Source of the DNA: an uncultured Dehalococcoidia bacterium
GTDB taxonomy: Bacteria; Chloroflexota; Dehalococcoidia; DSTF01; JALHUB01
Direction: 5' to 3'
Assembly (NCBI GenBank): GCA_964565775.1
Contig: CAZMGB010000009.1
Coordinates: 65,062-129,061 of the forward strand
Length of the DNA: 64,000 bases
Part shown: piece by piece, positions 1-9,504 of the stretch
Layout of the letters: every line of letters begins with the position of its first letter
Numbering within the stretch: position 1 is the stretch's first letter
Notes under the pieces: generated by a model
Seen by the model: only the letters and a program-made list of their open reading frames with translations
Database searches by the model: none
Told to the model about the DNA's origin: nothing
Made by a program: the position numbers and the translations under genes

Positions 1-157
1 CGCCGATCTCGCGGGCGACAGCCTCGGCGGCCGAGGCGTTCGCCGCGTAGTTGACGGCCACTCGCGCACCGCGCTCGGCCAGCCGGACGGCGACGGCGCG
101 CCCGATGCCACGCGAACTGCCGGTGACGATGGCGACACGGCCGCCCAAGTCTATCAT
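1..157 (-). CDS. SDR family oxidoreductase (FabG-like), N-terminal fragment; gene continues beyond window start
   Basis: Reverse complement of 1-157 translates [52 protein letters not shown], the classic TGxxxGIG Rossmann motif of short-chain dehydrogenases. ATG at 157..155. Confidence 0.6.
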   Translation of the reverse strand, partial: MIDLGGRVAIVTGSSRGIGRAVAVRLAERGARVAVNYAANASAAEAVAREIG

Positions 158-366
158 GCGTCCCCTTTGCCTCCTGCGCTCGCGACAATAATGGCGGCGG
201 CGGGCGACGTGGTCAAGAGGACGGCGTTCCGACCGGTGTCTCGTCGGCGGCTGCTGGCCCGGCGCGGCGGGTGGGCCACGGGTCGCCCCACATTGACCGC
301 CCGCTGATCTCATGCAAGACTCAGGCAACGAAACCCGTCTGAGCGTCGGAAGCAGTGGAGGCACTC

Positions 367-1575
367 ATGAGCGGACCGCTGGAAGGTGTGAGAGTCCTCG
401 ACCTGACCTGGGTGCTGGCGGGCCCCTTCGCCAGCATGACCCTCTGCGATCTGGGGGCGGACGTCATCAAGGTGGAACGCCCTCCCGGCGGCGACGTCGC
501 CCGCGCTACCGCCCCCCTCATCGATGGGGAGAGCTGCTATTTCTTCAGCGTCAACCGGGGCAAGAGGAGCGTGGTGATCGACCTCAAGACGCCGCGTGGC
601 CGCGATCTCTTCCTGCGCCTCGTGGAGGAGGTCGACGTGGTGATGGAGAACTTCACGCCCGGCACGATGGAAGGGCTGGGCTTGGGCTACGAGGTGCTGG
701 CGGGGCGCAACCCCCGCCTCATCTATGCCGCCACCTCTGGTTTCGGCCAGACCGGGCCGGACCGGCTGCGCCCGGCCCTCGACGTGGTGGTGCAGGGGAT
801 GGGAGGGGTGATGAGCATCACCGGCGAACCGGGCGGCCCGCCGGTGCGCCCCGGCCTGTCGCTCGGCGACATAGCGGCCGGCCTGTTCACCGCCATCGGC
901 GTGCTGGCCGCCCTGCACGAGCGGGAGAGGAGCGGTCGCGGGCAGATGGTGGACGTGGGAATGCTGGACTGCCAGGTCGCGATTCTGGAGAACGCCTTCA
1001 TGCGCTACTTCGCGACGGGGCAGATCCCCGAGCCGATCGGCACCCGGCACCCGATCGCGACGCCCTTCCAGGCGTTCCCCACGAAGGACGGCTATATCGT
1101 TCTCGCCCTGAGCTGGGGCGTGGAGAACCAGTGGGAGCTCTACTGCGCCACGATCGGCAGGCCCGACCTCATCGACGACCCACGCTTCGATACGGGGCCG
1201 CTCCGCACGGAGCACCACGCCGAGCTGGAGCCGATACTTGTCGAAGCCATGAAGCAGAGGACCACCGCCGAGTGGGTGCGCGAGTTCGACGCCATCGGCC
1301 TCCCCTGCGGCGCCCTGAACAACGTCGCTCAGGTCGCGGAGCTGCCCCAGGTCAAAGCGCGGGAGATGCTGGTGGAGGTGGAGCACCCGCGCATCGGGCG
1401 CTTCAGGCTGCCGAATACGCCGGTAAAGCTTTCGCGCACGCCGGGCGGCGTCCGCGGCCCATCGCCGGCCGTGGGCCAGGACACCGACGAGGTGCTGCGG
1501 GAGCTGCTCGGCCTGAAGTCTGAGCAACTGGCCGAGCTGCGTGGAGCAGGCGCCATCGGGCCTGCAAAGGAATAG
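367..1575 (+). CDS. CoA transferase family III (CaiB/BaiF/formyl-CoA transferase type)
   Basis: Track ORF 355-1575. N-terminus MSGPLEGVRVLDLTWVLAGPFASMTLCDLGADVIKVERPPGGD is the hallmark start of family III CoA-transferases. ATG at 367 follows GGAG-like RBS; 355 is a GTG. Confidence 0.8.
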   Translation: MSGPLEGVRVLDLTWVLAGPFASMTLCDLGADVIKVERPPGGDVARATAPLIDGESCYFFSVNRGKRSVVIDLKTPRGRDLFLRLVEEVDVVMENFTPGTMEGLGLGYEVLAGRNPRLIYAATSGFGQTGPDRLRPALDVVVQGMGGVMSITGEPGGPPVRPGLSLGDIAAGLFTAIGVLAALHERERSGRGQMVDVGMLDCQVAILENAFMRYFATGQIPEPIGTRHPIATPFQAFPTKDGYIVLALSWGVENQWELYCATIGRPDLIDDPRFDTGPLRTEHHAELEPILVEAMKQRTTAEWVREFDAIGLPCGALNNVAQVAELPQVKAREMLVEVEHPRIGRFRLPNTPVKLSRTPGGVRGPSPAVGQDTDEVLRELLGLKSEQLAELRGAGAIGPAKE

Positions 1576-1664
1576 ACATGCATCGCCACGCGTTCAGGTA
1601 GGCGAAAGCTATCGTGATAGAATATTGAAACATGCGTATTCGGCGATACTCCTGAAAGAGCCTC

Positions 1665-1877
1665 ATGGCCGAACGAACCGTCCTCTACACACTCCGCAAC
1701 TGCCCGATCTGCGACAGGGCGAGAAGCGGCCTTAGGGAGCGCGGCGTCGACTTCGAGGAGCGGGTGGTGGACGACAACCCCGCCTGGTACGCGGAGGCGA
1801 CGCGTCTCTCGGCAACCGTCCCCATCGTCGTTAGCGGCGACCGCGTCGAAGTCGGCTGGGACGGTGAGATGGGGTGA
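1665..1877 (+). CDS. glutaredoxin-like small thiol-disulfide protein (CPxC)
   Basis: 70 aa, MAERTVLYTLRNCPICDRARSGL...VPIVVSGDRVEVGW. Short glutaredoxin/NrdH fold with CPIC active site and the conserved VP-I/V... GG core. Confidence 0.5.
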   Translation: MAERTVLYTLRNCPICDRARSGLRERGVDFEERVVDDNPAWYAEATRLSATVPIVVSGDRVEVGWDGEMG

Positions 1878-1998
1878 TTCATCCAGTAGGCCGGGGCCGT
1901 GCGCCCTGACAGAACCGCCACCAGAGCTGACCGCCGCTGATCCCGTCCCGTACGTCGCCGCCGCAGGAACGTTACCCAACGCCGCAAGAAGCCCGTAA

Positions 1999-2008
1999 TA
2001 CCTAGGTG
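1999..2008. promoter_or_regulatory. 10-bp palindromic motif TACCTAGGTG (candidate operator half, copy 1)
   Basis: CCTAGG-core palindrome about 67 bp upstream of the -35. Its exact reverse complement CACCTAGGTA recurs at 2107-2116, just downstream of the -10. Confidence 0.3.
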
Positions 2009-2074
2009 CGCTAGCTATCCGCCGCCTGCTCGGTGTCGGCTCGCGCAGACGTCCGAGAACGGCTCTGGCGGGGT

Positions 2075-2104
2075 TTGACGTCCTCGCCAGAGAGCATATA
2101 TAGT
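2075..2104 (+). promoter_or_regulatory. sigma70-like promoter TTGACG-N18-TATAGT upstream of padR-arsM
   Basis: ggTTTGACGtcctcgccagagagcataTATAGTtcacc lies about 75 nt upstream of the padR ATG (2180). AT-richer than surroundings. Confidence 0.35.
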
Positions 2105-2106
2105 TC

Positions 2107-2116
2107 ACCTAGGTAT
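2107..2116. promoter_or_regulatory. 10-bp palindromic motif CACCTAGGTA (candidate operator, copy 2, overlaps transcription start region)
   Basis: Reverse complement of the 1999-2008 motif. Position at +1 relative to the predicted -10 is typical for a repressor (PadR-type) operator. Confidence 0.3.
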
Positions 2117-2179
2117 CGGACTGCTATGTATCTCGCCCGCGCCGGAGCGGCCTAAGGATCGGCGGATAGGAGGCGGAGG

Positions 2180-2569
2180 ATGGAGTTCACTCAGAAAGAC
2201 TACTGGGAGATGCTGATCAACCGCAGCGTGTCCCGGTTTTTCCTTCTGGCCGCGCTGTATCGAGGTCCCATGCACGGCTACGAGCTGGCCCGTGCCATCA
2301 GCGGTGCCTGCGGCGGCTGCTGCTCTCCCACCGACGCCATGATCTATCCGGCTCTCAAGGATCTGCTGGAGGGGGGCTACGTGGAGTGTCGGGAGGAGTC
2401 GCAGGGCGCCCGCCAGCGAAAGGTGTGCAGCCTGACCGCGAAAGGACGGGAGGCGTATCGAGCGGCGGGACAGGCCTGGGGCCGCATCCTGCCGTACTTG
2501 AGTGAGGCGGCGCAAGCCGCGCCGCTGGCACCTGTCGGTGCGAGCGGTCGTTCCCACGAGGAGGAATAG
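2180..2569 (+). CDS. PadR family transcriptional regulator with Cys-rich insertion
   Basis: 129 aa, YWEMLINRSVSRFFLLAALYRGPMHGYELARAI...IYPALKDLLEGGYVE is the PadR wHTH signature. Unusual CGGCC cysteine cluster (ISGACGGCCSPTD) sits between helix 3 and the wing. Confidence 0.7.
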   Translation: MEFTQKDYWEMLINRSVSRFFLLAALYRGPMHGYELARAISGACGGCCSPTDAMIYPALKDLLEGGYVECREESQGARQRKVCSLTAKGREAYRAAGQAWGRILPYLSEAAQAAPLAPVGASGRSHEEE

Positions 2570-2573
2570 GACG

Positions 2574-3398
2574 ATGAGCGAGAGAGGTCCCAGCGCGGAG
2601 GAGATTAAGGAGGCAGTGGTCAACAACTACGGCGCTCGTGCTCGCGAGAAGCTGGCGGCCATGAAAGAGAGGCCGGGAGACGAAGGAATCGCTCTCGAGG
2701 ACGTGAGCTCCTGCTGCGAGCCCTCGTGCTGCGGGCCCTCGGGGACGACGACAGAGGAGAAGAAGCTGGCCGACCTGCTCTATGCCAGCGAGGAGCTGGG
2801 CGACGTTCCGGCCGACGCAGCCGACTTCTCGCTGGGCTGCGGCAACCCAACAGCTCTCGCCGAGCTCCGCGAGGGCGAGGCGGTGCTGGACCTTGGCAGC
2901 GGCGGCGGCCTCGATTGCTTCCTGGCGGCCAAGAAGGTCGGTTCCGAGGGCCGGGTCGTCGGGCTGGACATGAGCCCAGACATGATCCAGGTGGCCCGTC
3001 GTAATTCCCAGAAGATGAAGGCGGCCAACGTGGAGTTCCGCCTCGGCGAGATGGAGTACATGCCCTTCGCGGACGAGACCTTCGACGTTATCATCTCCAA
3101 CTGCGTGATCAACCTCTCGCCGGACAAGGACGCCGTCTTTCGCGAGGCGTTCCGGGTGCTGCGCGCCGGTGGCCGGCTGCGCGTCTCGGACATCGTCTGG
3201 ACCCGCAGGCCTACGCTCAAGGAGCGGAGCGACCTGGCGAGCTGGGCGGGCTGTGTGGCGGGCGCCCTAATGAACGACGACTACGTCGGCAAGATCCGCG
3301 CTGCTGGCTTCGATAACGTGACGACGGAGCTGGCCCCCGACCCCGACGGGCGGGGCTGGTCGTCAGCCAGCGTAAGGGCGGACAAGCCCCGGGCGTGA
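2574..3398 (+). CDS. arsM: arsenite S-adenosylmethionine methyltransferase-like (ArsM/AS3MT family)
   Basis: ATG at 2574 is in frame within track ORF 2502-3398 and follows a GAGGAGG RBS. LYASEELGDVPADAADFSLGCGNPTALAELREGEAVLDLGSGGGLDCFLAAKKVG...VDMSPDMIQVARRN...FDVIISNCVINLSPDK matches ArsM, including the SAM-binding GxGxG and conserved Cys pairs (CC..CC near N-term, GCG, NC). Confidence 0.65.
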   Translation: MSERGPSAEEIKEAVVNNYGARAREKLAAMKERPGDEGIALEDVSSCCEPSCCGPSGTTTEEKKLADLLYASEELGDVPADAADFSLGCGNPTALAELREGEAVLDLGSGGGLDCFLAAKKVGSEGRVVGLDMSPDMIQVARRNSQKMKAANVEFRLGEMEYMPFADETFDVIISNCVINLSPDKDAVFREAFRVLRAGGRLRVSDIVWTRRPTLKERSDLASWAGCVAGALMNDDYVGKIRAAGFDNVTTELAPDPDGRGWSSASVRADKPRA

Positions 3399-3559
3399 CC
3401 GGCTCGCCGGGGAAGCGCCGTCTTAGATGAGGTAACGCGCCGGGAGCGGGCTCCGTCACGCGAGGGAGTGCCGGCAGGTCTCGGCGCTGCCGCCAGCTCC
3501 CACGTCGCTAGACCTCTCGAGCTCCTTCCTGTTCTAGCTCGCGACCGCCGCTTTGCCCC

Positions 3560-4378
3560 GTGCGGACTTTCCCCTATATTGGGGCCGCGATGCTGGCGTC
3601 CGTCCGAGAGCGTATCGAGCCGCAGGCCGGGGGCGCCGTCGCCCTGTCGGCCGTTCTCGTCGCCTACGGCAACCTGGTATCCCTGGCGCCCTCCGATGTC
3701 CGGGTTCGCTTCCTCATCTTCACCAATTTCGGCCTGCTTGCTGCCGTTCTCTGGGTCGCCCTCCGTTGGGGCGGCCTCAGCATCGGAGCCTTAGGCCTGA
3801 ACCGCAGGGCCCTCTTGCCGAGCGCCGCCTGGGGCATCGGTGTAGGAGCGGCCCTCGCCCTGGTGCCGGTCGTCTTCATCCTCGTCGCACCCTTCGTGAC
3901 GGGCGAACCCATCGAGTATGGTGAGGTGACGACTTCCTCGACGGGCGAGATGATCCGGCGGCTGACCTTCACGACGCTCGTGCGGACGGCTCTTTTCGAG
4001 GAGCTTGCCTTTCGCGGCGTCCTCTATGCCTACTTCTTGCGAGCGTTCGCTTCCTCGGCGGCACACGACGCGACGGGCGGCCCGCCAGGCGCTCTTGTGC
4101 CGGGGAGGCGGGCGGCGGATGGCGGCGCCATCCTCTGGACCAGCTTTGTCTTTGCCCTCTGGCACGTCGTGATCAGCAGCCGGAGCGTCGTCGAAAGCAA
4201 CGTCGTGGACATGATGTGGCTCGTTCCGCCGGCCGTCATCGTCTCTCTCGCAGGGACGTTCATCGGGGGTCTGGTCTTTGCCTGGCTGCGCTGGCGCACG
4301 GACAGCGTGGCGGGGCCGGTCTTCGTTCACTGGCTCACCGTCGCCCTCATGTCGCTGGCGGCCTGGCTCAGGGCGTAG
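3560..4378 (+). CDS. CPBP family intramembrane glutamic endopeptidase (CAAX protease/Abi-like)
   Basis: Polytopic membrane protein with motifs ALFEELAFRGVLYAYF (EExxxR) and FALWHV (FxxxH). GTG at 3560; alternative ATG at 3590. Confidence 0.6.
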   Translation: MRTFPYIGAAMLASVRERIEPQAGGAVALSAVLVAYGNLVSLAPSDVRVRFLIFTNFGLLAAVLWVALRWGGLSIGALGLNRRALLPSAAWGIGVGAALALVPVVFILVAPFVTGEPIEYGEVTTSSTGEMIRRLTFTTLVRTALFEELAFRGVLYAYFLRAFASSAAHDATGGPPGALVPGRRAADGGAILWTSFVFALWHVVISSRSVVESNVVDMMWLVPPAVIVSLAGTFIGGLVFAWLRWRTDSVAGPVFVHWLTVALMSLAAWLRA

Positions 4379-4665
4379 GCGGCGAAGGGTGGCCCCCCGC
4401 GGTCCTCTCTGCGCGCCACAGATAGCCCGACAATCCTGAAGGCTGTTGAAAAACGCTCTGTTGCGTCACCCTGAACGAAGTGAAGGGTCTCAGCAAATTG
4501 AGGTGGCGAGATTCTTCGTCCGCCTCAGGCGGACTCAGAATGACAGCATCGGATTCTTCGGACTTCTTCAGCAGCCTGCCTGGTTGCGTGACGTGCTCCG
4601 TCGGGCGAGGGGCTCTGTGGCGGGCGGCGATTTTTATACAAAGTCTCATTTAAAGGCAATTATTC

Positions 4666-4694
4666 TTGACAAGTAGCCGATACGTCCCTATAGT
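4666..4694 (+). promoter_or_regulatory. near-consensus sigma70 promoter TTGACA-N17-TATAGT for the suf operon
   Basis: attcTTGACAagtagccgatacgtcccTATAGTggaagg sits in a locally AT-rich patch about 50 nt upstream of the sufR ATG (4745). Confidence 0.4.
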
Positions 4695-4744
4695 GGAAGG
4701 TGAGGCATCCATGGGACCACCTGCATAGCCCGGTTGTGAGGGCG

Positions 4745-5467
4745 ATGGAGAGCACGAGAGAACAGATCCTGGGCCTCCTTCGAGGGAAGGGCGAGGCTAC
4801 GGTCGTTGAGCTGGCCGACCTCCTGGAGATGAGCCCGGCGGCGGTGCGTCGTCACCTGGACGGGCTGCGCGCCGAAGGGCTCGTCGATGTCAAGTCCCGC
4901 CGCCATCAAGTCGGCCGGCCTTCCTTCGTCTTCTATCTGACGGAGCAGGCGCAGGAGCGCGACTCCACCGGCTACTCGCGGCTGCTGCTTCGCATGTTCC
5001 GTGAGCTGGTGGACCTGCGCCCGGATGAGGTCAGCGGTCAGAGCGGCCACGAGGTGCTCGACAGGGTCTTCGAGGGCGTGGCCGAACGGGTGGCCGAGGA
5101 GCACCGGCCGGAGGTGCTGGGGGTCAGCCTCGAGGAGAAGGTGGCCCAGATCAGTGAGGCGCTCAAGGCGGAGGGCATTCTCGATGCCTGGACCAAGGAC
5201 GCCAACGGCTTCCGCCTCCTCAACTCTAGCTGTCCCTATCGGCGGGCCGCTCAGGCGACCGCCGGCCCCTGCCACCTGGACCAATTGGCCATTCAGCGCC
5301 TGCTCGGCGTCCCGGTGGAGCAGGTAAGCCGGGTCATCGAGGGCGACCGCTACTGCGAGTATGTGGTGCAGCCGAGAGTGGTGACCAGGGGCAGCCGAAG
5401 GGAAGGAGCAGCACCCGAACAGCCGGTTCGCAAGGCGGCGAGAGCCAAGGCAGAGGTAGCTTCTTAG
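4745..5467 (+). CDS. sufR: SufR-like HTH transcriptional regulator (probable Fe-S-sensing repressor of suf operon)
   Basis: N-terminal wHTH (REQILGLLRGKGEATVVELADLLEMSPAAVRRHLDGLRAEGLV) plus C-terminal Cys residues (SSCPYRR...GPCHLDQ...DRYCEY). Position is immediately upstream of sufCBD. ATG at 4745 has a GAGGG RBS and is in frame with the track GTG at 4700, which overlaps the predicted -10. Confidence 0.5.
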   Translation: MESTREQILGLLRGKGEATVVELADLLEMSPAAVRRHLDGLRAEGLVDVKSRRHQVGRPSFVFYLTEQAQERDSTGYSRLLLRMFRELVDLRPDEVSGQSGHEVLDRVFEGVAERVAEEHRPEVLGVSLEEKVAQISEALKAEGILDAWTKDANGFRLLNSSCPYRRAAQATAGPCHLDQLAIQRLLGVPVEQVSRVIEGDRYCEYVVQPRVVTRGSRREGAAPEQPVRKAARAKAEVAS

Positions 5468-5488
5468 CAGGGGAAAGCGCTATGGTGG

Positions 5489-6268
5489 ATGAGTGCCATG
5501 ACCGATGACCGCGTATTCGCAATCAAAGAGCTGCACGTGAGTGTCGAGGGCAAGGAGATCCTCAAGGGGGTCGACCTGGCCATCAAGAGAGGCGAAGTCC
5601 ACGCCCTCATGGGGCCCAACGGCTCCGGCAAGAGCACCCTGGCGAACGCTCTCATGGGCCACCCGCTCTACGAGGTGACCCACGGCCGCGTCCTCTTCAA
5701 GGGTGCGGACATCCTGGGGCTTACGCCCGACGAGCGGGCCCGGCGCGGGCTCTTCCTCGCCTTCCAGTACCCGACGGCCATCCCGGGAGTCACCATGGTC
5801 AACTTCCTGCGCTCGGCCTTGAAGGCGGTGCGCGGCGAGGAGGTACCCGTAAGGGACTTCCGGCATCTCCTGAAGGAGACGATGGAACTCCTGAAGATGG
5901 ACGAGTCCTTCGCCCGCCGCTATGTGAACGACGGCTTCTCGGGTGGCGAGAAGAAGCGGGCGGAGGTCCTCCAGTTGGGCATCCTCAAGCCGGAGATGGC
6001 CGTCCTCGACGAGACGGACTCGGGCCTTGATATCGACGCGCTCCGCACGGTGTCAGAAGGCATCAATGCCCTCAGCGGGCCCAACCTCGGCATGCTGCTC
6101 ATCACTCACTACCAGCGGATTCTCAACTACATCAAGCCCGACTTCGTGCACGTGCTCTTCGCCGGCCGGATCGTCAAGTCCGGCGGCAGCGAGCTCGCTC
6201 AGGAGCTGGAGGCCAAGGGCTACGACTGGATCACGAAGGAACACGCCGCGGCGGAGGGAATAGCGTGA
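5489..6268 (+). CDS. sufC: Fe-S cluster assembly ATPase SufC
   Basis: ABC ATPase with Walker [10 protein letters not shown] and the SufC-specific sequence context. Overlaps sufB by 4 nt (ATGA). Confidence 0.9.
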   Translation: MSAMTDDRVFAIKELHVSVEGKEILKGVDLAIKRGEVHALMGPNGSGKSTLANALMGHPLYEVTHGRVLFKGADILGLTPDERARRGLFLAFQYPTAIPGVTMVNFLRSALKAVRGEEVPVRDFRHLLKETMELLKMDESFARRYVNDGFSGGEKKRAEVLQLGILKPEMAVLDETDSGLDIDALRTVSEGINALSGPNLGMLLITHYQRILNYIKPDFVHVLFAGRIVKSGGSELAQELEAKGYDWITKEHAAAEGIA

Positions 6269-7677
6269 TGACAACCAAGGTCAACCCCAGGGAGATCCTC
6301 CCTGAGACATACAAATGGGGCTTCCACGACAAGGCCGAGTACAAGTTCAAGAGCCGCAAGGGACTGAACCCGGAGATCGTGTCGGAGATCTCCCACATGA
6401 AGGAGGAGCCGGAGTGGATGCGCGACTTCCGCCTGCGCTCCCTGGACATCTTCCAGCAGAAGCCGATGCCCACGTGGGGCGGCGACCTGTCGGAGATCGA
6501 CTTCGACAACATGGTCTACTTCGCCCGCGCCACCGACCGGCCTGAGCAGAGCTGGGACGACGTTCCCGACTACATCAAGAACACGTTCGACAAGCTGGGC
6601 ATCCCCGAGGCGGAGCGCAAGTTCCTGGCGGGCGTCGGCGCCCAGTACGACTCCGAGGTCGTCTACCACAGCCTGCAGCAGGACCTGGCGAAGCAGGGCG
6701 TCATCTTCCTCGACACGGACAGCGCCGTACGCGAGCACCCAGAGCTTGTGAAGGAGTACTTCGGCACCGTAATCCCGCCCATGGACAACAAGTTCGCCGC
6801 CCTCAACAGCGCCGTCTGGAGCGGCGGCAGCTTCATCTTCGTGCCCGAGGGCGTGCACGTCGAGATCCCGCTCCAGGCCTACTTCCGCATCAACGCCGAG
6901 AACGTGGGCCAGTTCGAGCGGACCCTGATCATCGCCGAGCCCGGCAGCTATGTCCACTACGTCGAGGGCTGCACCGCCCCCATCTACACCACGGACTCGC
7001 TGCACAGCGCCGTGGTGGAGATCATCGTCAAGAAGGGGGCGCGTGTGCGCTACACAACGATTCAGAACTGGTCGACGAACGTCTACAACCTGGTCACGAA
7101 GCGGATGGCCGTCTACGAGGACGGCGTCGGCGAGTGGATCGACGGCAACCTGGGCAGCAAGCTGACGATGAAGTATCCCAGTTGCTACCTGCTGGGGCGC
7201 GGCGCCCACGGCGAGATCCTGTCGCTGGCCTTCGCCGGGTCGGGGCAGCACCAGGACGCGGGCGGGAAGGTGATCCACGGCGCCCCCAACACCACGTCCA
7301 CCATCATCTCGAAGTCGATCAGCAGGGGCGGCGGCCGCACCAGCTACCGCGGTCAGGTCAGGGTCTACCCGGGCTGCACCGGAGTGAAGTCCACCGTGCG
7401 CTGCGACGCCCTGCTGCTGGACGAGGACTCGCGGTCGGACACTTATCCGTACATGGACATCCAGGAGGAGCAGGCGACGATCGGCCACGAGGCGACGGTG
7501 AGCAAGGTGGGCGACGAGCAGCTCTTCTATCTCCAGAGCCGGGGCATCGAGGAGTCGGAGGCGGCCAAGATGATCGTCAACGGCTTCGTGGAGCCCATCG
7601 TCAAGGAGCTGCCCATGGAGTACGCCGTCGAGCTCAACCGGCTCGTCGAGCTCCAGATGGAAGGCTCCGTCGGCTAG
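6265..7677 (+). CDS. sufB: Fe-S cluster assembly scaffold SufB
   Basis: 470 aa. Typical SufB N-terminal region ([26 protein letters not shown]) and conserved C-terminal beta-helix. Confidence 0.9.
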   Translation: MMTTKVNPREILPETYKWGFHDKAEYKFKSRKGLNPEIVSEISHMKEEPEWMRDFRLRSLDIFQQKPMPTWGGDLSEIDFDNMVYFARATDRPEQSWDDVPDYIKNTFDKLGIPEAERKFLAGVGAQYDSEVVYHSLQQDLAKQGVIFLDTDSAVREHPELVKEYFGTVIPPMDNKFAALNSAVWSGGSFIFVPEGVHVEIPLQAYFRINAENVGQFERTLIIAEPGSYVHYVEGCTAPIYTTDSLHSAVVEIIVKKGARVRYTTIQNWSTNVYNLVTKRMAVYEDGVGEWIDGNLGSKLTMKYPSCYLLGRGAHGEILSLAFAGSGQHQDAGGKVIHGAPNTTSTIISKSISRGGGRTSYRGQVRVYPGCTGVKSTVRCDALLLDEDSRSDTYPYMDIQEEQATIGHEATVSKVGDEQLFYLQSRGIEESEAAKMIVNGFVEPIVKELPMEYAVELNRLVELQMEGSVG

Positions 7678-7738
7678 AGAGGCCTCTGGCCTCAGGGTGA
7701 GGCTGGCGGCACGTCCCAATTACGTGAGAGAGCACAGA

Positions 7739-9103
7739 ATGAGTTCGCAGGTTCGGAGCAGGCCGCAGTTCGCCCCCGGCATCTCTCGCCGCAGCGTCGA
7801 GGAGCTGTCGTGGCTCAAGGAGGAGCCGGAGTGGATGCGGGAGCGTCGTCTGGAGGCGTGGCGCGAGTACGAGGAGACGCCGCCGCCCACGGGCAAGGAA
7901 GAGGAGTGGCGCAATACGGACCCGGCGCGACTGGCCATGGACGACGCCCTCGTGTACGCCGAGTCAGACCTGCGGGGGCGCTCGCCGGACGACTGGCCCC
8001 GCGCCATCCGGTCCCGCCTGCTCGACAAGGGCGGCGCCTCGAAGGACGGCCGCGAGGGCCTCGTTCTCCAGCACAACTCTGATCCTCTCTCGGAGAGCCT
8101 CTCGCCGGAGCTGGCCGAGCGGGGTGTCGTCTTTTCCAGTCTGGAGCGTGCCCTGCGCGACCATCCTGAGCTGGTACAACGACACTTCATGGCGGAGGCG
8201 GTGCCGGCACCCGAAAGCAAGTTCGCGGCGCTGCACGCGGCCCTCTGGAGCGGCGGCACGTTTCTCTACGTACCGGAGGATGTGGACGTGCGGCTCCCCT
8301 TGTGGACGGAGGTGGTCGTTGGCGCTCCCGGTCTGAGCGTCTTACCCCACACGGTCGTCGTCGCCGAACGGGGCAGTCATGTCACCCTGATCGAGGAGCA
8401 CTCGTCGCCCGACCGGGATGAGATCGCCTTCAGCAACGGCCTGGTTGAGATCTACGCCGCTGAGGGAGCGCAGGTCCGCTACGTCTCGCTGCAGCGCTGG
8501 GGTCAGCACGTCCGCGACTTCAGCCTCTTGCGCAAGTTCCTGCAGCGCGACAGCCGCGTCGAGAGCATGGTGGTGGGCCTGGGCAGCGGCCTCAGCAAGG
8601 GCCGCGTAGACGGGCTGCTGCGGGGAGAAGGCGCCGACAGCCAGATGCTGGGCCTCTTCGTGCCGGCACAGAACCAGCACTTCGACTACGTTACGGTGCA
8701 GGATCACGTAAGCCCGCACACGACGAGTGACCTCTTGTTCAAGGCGGCGGTGAAGGACCGCGCCCGCTCCCTCTACTACGGCGTCACCCGCGTGAGGAAG
8801 AGCGCGCGCCAGTCCAGCGCCTATCAGGAGAGTCGCAACATCCTGCTCAGCGAGGGCGCCAGGGCGGACGCGACGCCGGTGCTGGAGATCGAGGCGTTCG
8901 ACGTGCTGAGGTGCGGCCACGGGGCCACGGTCGGCCCCGTCGACGAGGAGCAGCTCTTCTACATGATGTGTCGCGGCCTGCCGAGGGCTGAGGCCGAGCG
9001 GATGATCGTCGAGGGGTTCTTCCGGGAGGTCGTGCAGCGACTCGACGACAAGAAGCTGACCGATTACATTGCGCACGCCGTAGAGAAGAAGCTGAGCGGT
9101 TAG
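7739..9103 (+). CDS. sufD: Fe-S cluster assembly protein SufD
   Basis: Paralog of SufB that lacks its N-terminal Cys region. Shares the [19 protein letters not shown] motif. ATG at 7739 within track ORF 7697-9103. Confidence 0.8.
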   Translation: MSSQVRSRPQFAPGISRRSVEELSWLKEEPEWMRERRLEAWREYEETPPPTGKEEEWRNTDPARLAMDDALVYAESDLRGRSPDDWPRAIRSRLLDKGGASKDGREGLVLQHNSDPLSESLSPELAERGVVFSSLERALRDHPELVQRHFMAEAVPAPESKFAALHAALWSGGTFLYVPEDVDVRLPLWTEVVVGAPGLSVLPHTVVVAERGSHVTLIEEHSSPDRDEIAFSNGLVEIYAAEGAQVRYVSLQRWGQHVRDFSLLRKFLQRDSRVESMVVGLGSGLSKGRVDGLLRGEGADSQMLGLFVPAQNQHFDYVTVQDHVSPHTTSDLLFKAAVKDRARSLYYGVTRVRKSARQSSAYQESRNILLSEGARADATPVLEIEAFDVLRCGHGATVGPVDEEQLFYMMCRGLPRAEAERMIVEGFFREVVQRLDDKKLTDYIAHAVEKKLSG

Positions 9104-9109
9104 AGAGCC

Positions 9110-9427
9110 ATGAGCGACTTCATCAAAGTGGCCGAGACGGGGGATGTCGCCCCGGGACAGGTGAAGGTCTACGAGGTGAACGGCAGGCGCATCGCGCTCT
9201 GCAATGCCGACGGCACCTTCTACGCGATCGATGATGTCTGCACGCACGACGGCGGCCCCCTCGACCAGGGTGAGCTCCAGGGCGAGCAGATCGAGTGCCC
9301 CCGCCACGGCGCCCGTTTCGACTTGCGGACGGGCAGGGCGCTGGTGCTGCCGGCCGTCATGCCGGTGCGCACGTATCCGGTCGAGGTGGAGGGTACCACC
9401 GTCAAGGTGTCCCTCGACTCGCAGTAG
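9110..9427 (+). CDS. Rieske (2Fe-2S) domain ferredoxin
   Basis: CTHDGGPL...ECPRHGARF is the Rieske CxH...CxxH motif pair. 105 aa. Embedded in the suf operon. Confidence 0.8.
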   Translation: MSDFIKVAETGDVAPGQVKVYEVNGRRIALCNADGTFYAIDDVCTHDGGPLDQGELQGEQIECPRHGARFDLRTGRALVLPAVMPVRTYPVEVEGTTVKVSLDSQ

Positions 9428-9504
9428 CATGTAGCGTAGTTGCAGGCCTTGAGGCCTGCGGGGATAGGGCTGGAGCCTTTTCCCTGAGGCGGGACGACAT
9501 AGCT

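Noticed and set aside
310-1527. Long antisense ORFs opposite strongly supported genes. Examples: 310-1527(-), 6220-7719(-), 8342-9430(-), 13040-14134(-), 14210-16198(-), 18922-20868(+), 24700-25863(+), 40241-41362(-), 41420-43096(-), 51817-52920(-), 54131-55066(-), 57817-59319(-), 59470-61251(-).
   Set aside because: All lie antisense to ORFs with clear family motifs. All have Arg/Ala/Gly/Pro-rich low-complexity translations typical of open antisense frames in ~67% GC DNA. None shows a recognisable domain.
1329-2108. 259-aa minus-strand ORF spanning the grx-padR intergenic region
   Set aside because: Composition is Ala/Arg/Ser/Pro-rich with no motifs. It overlaps the glutaredoxin-like gene and the predicted promoter/operator region on the other strand.
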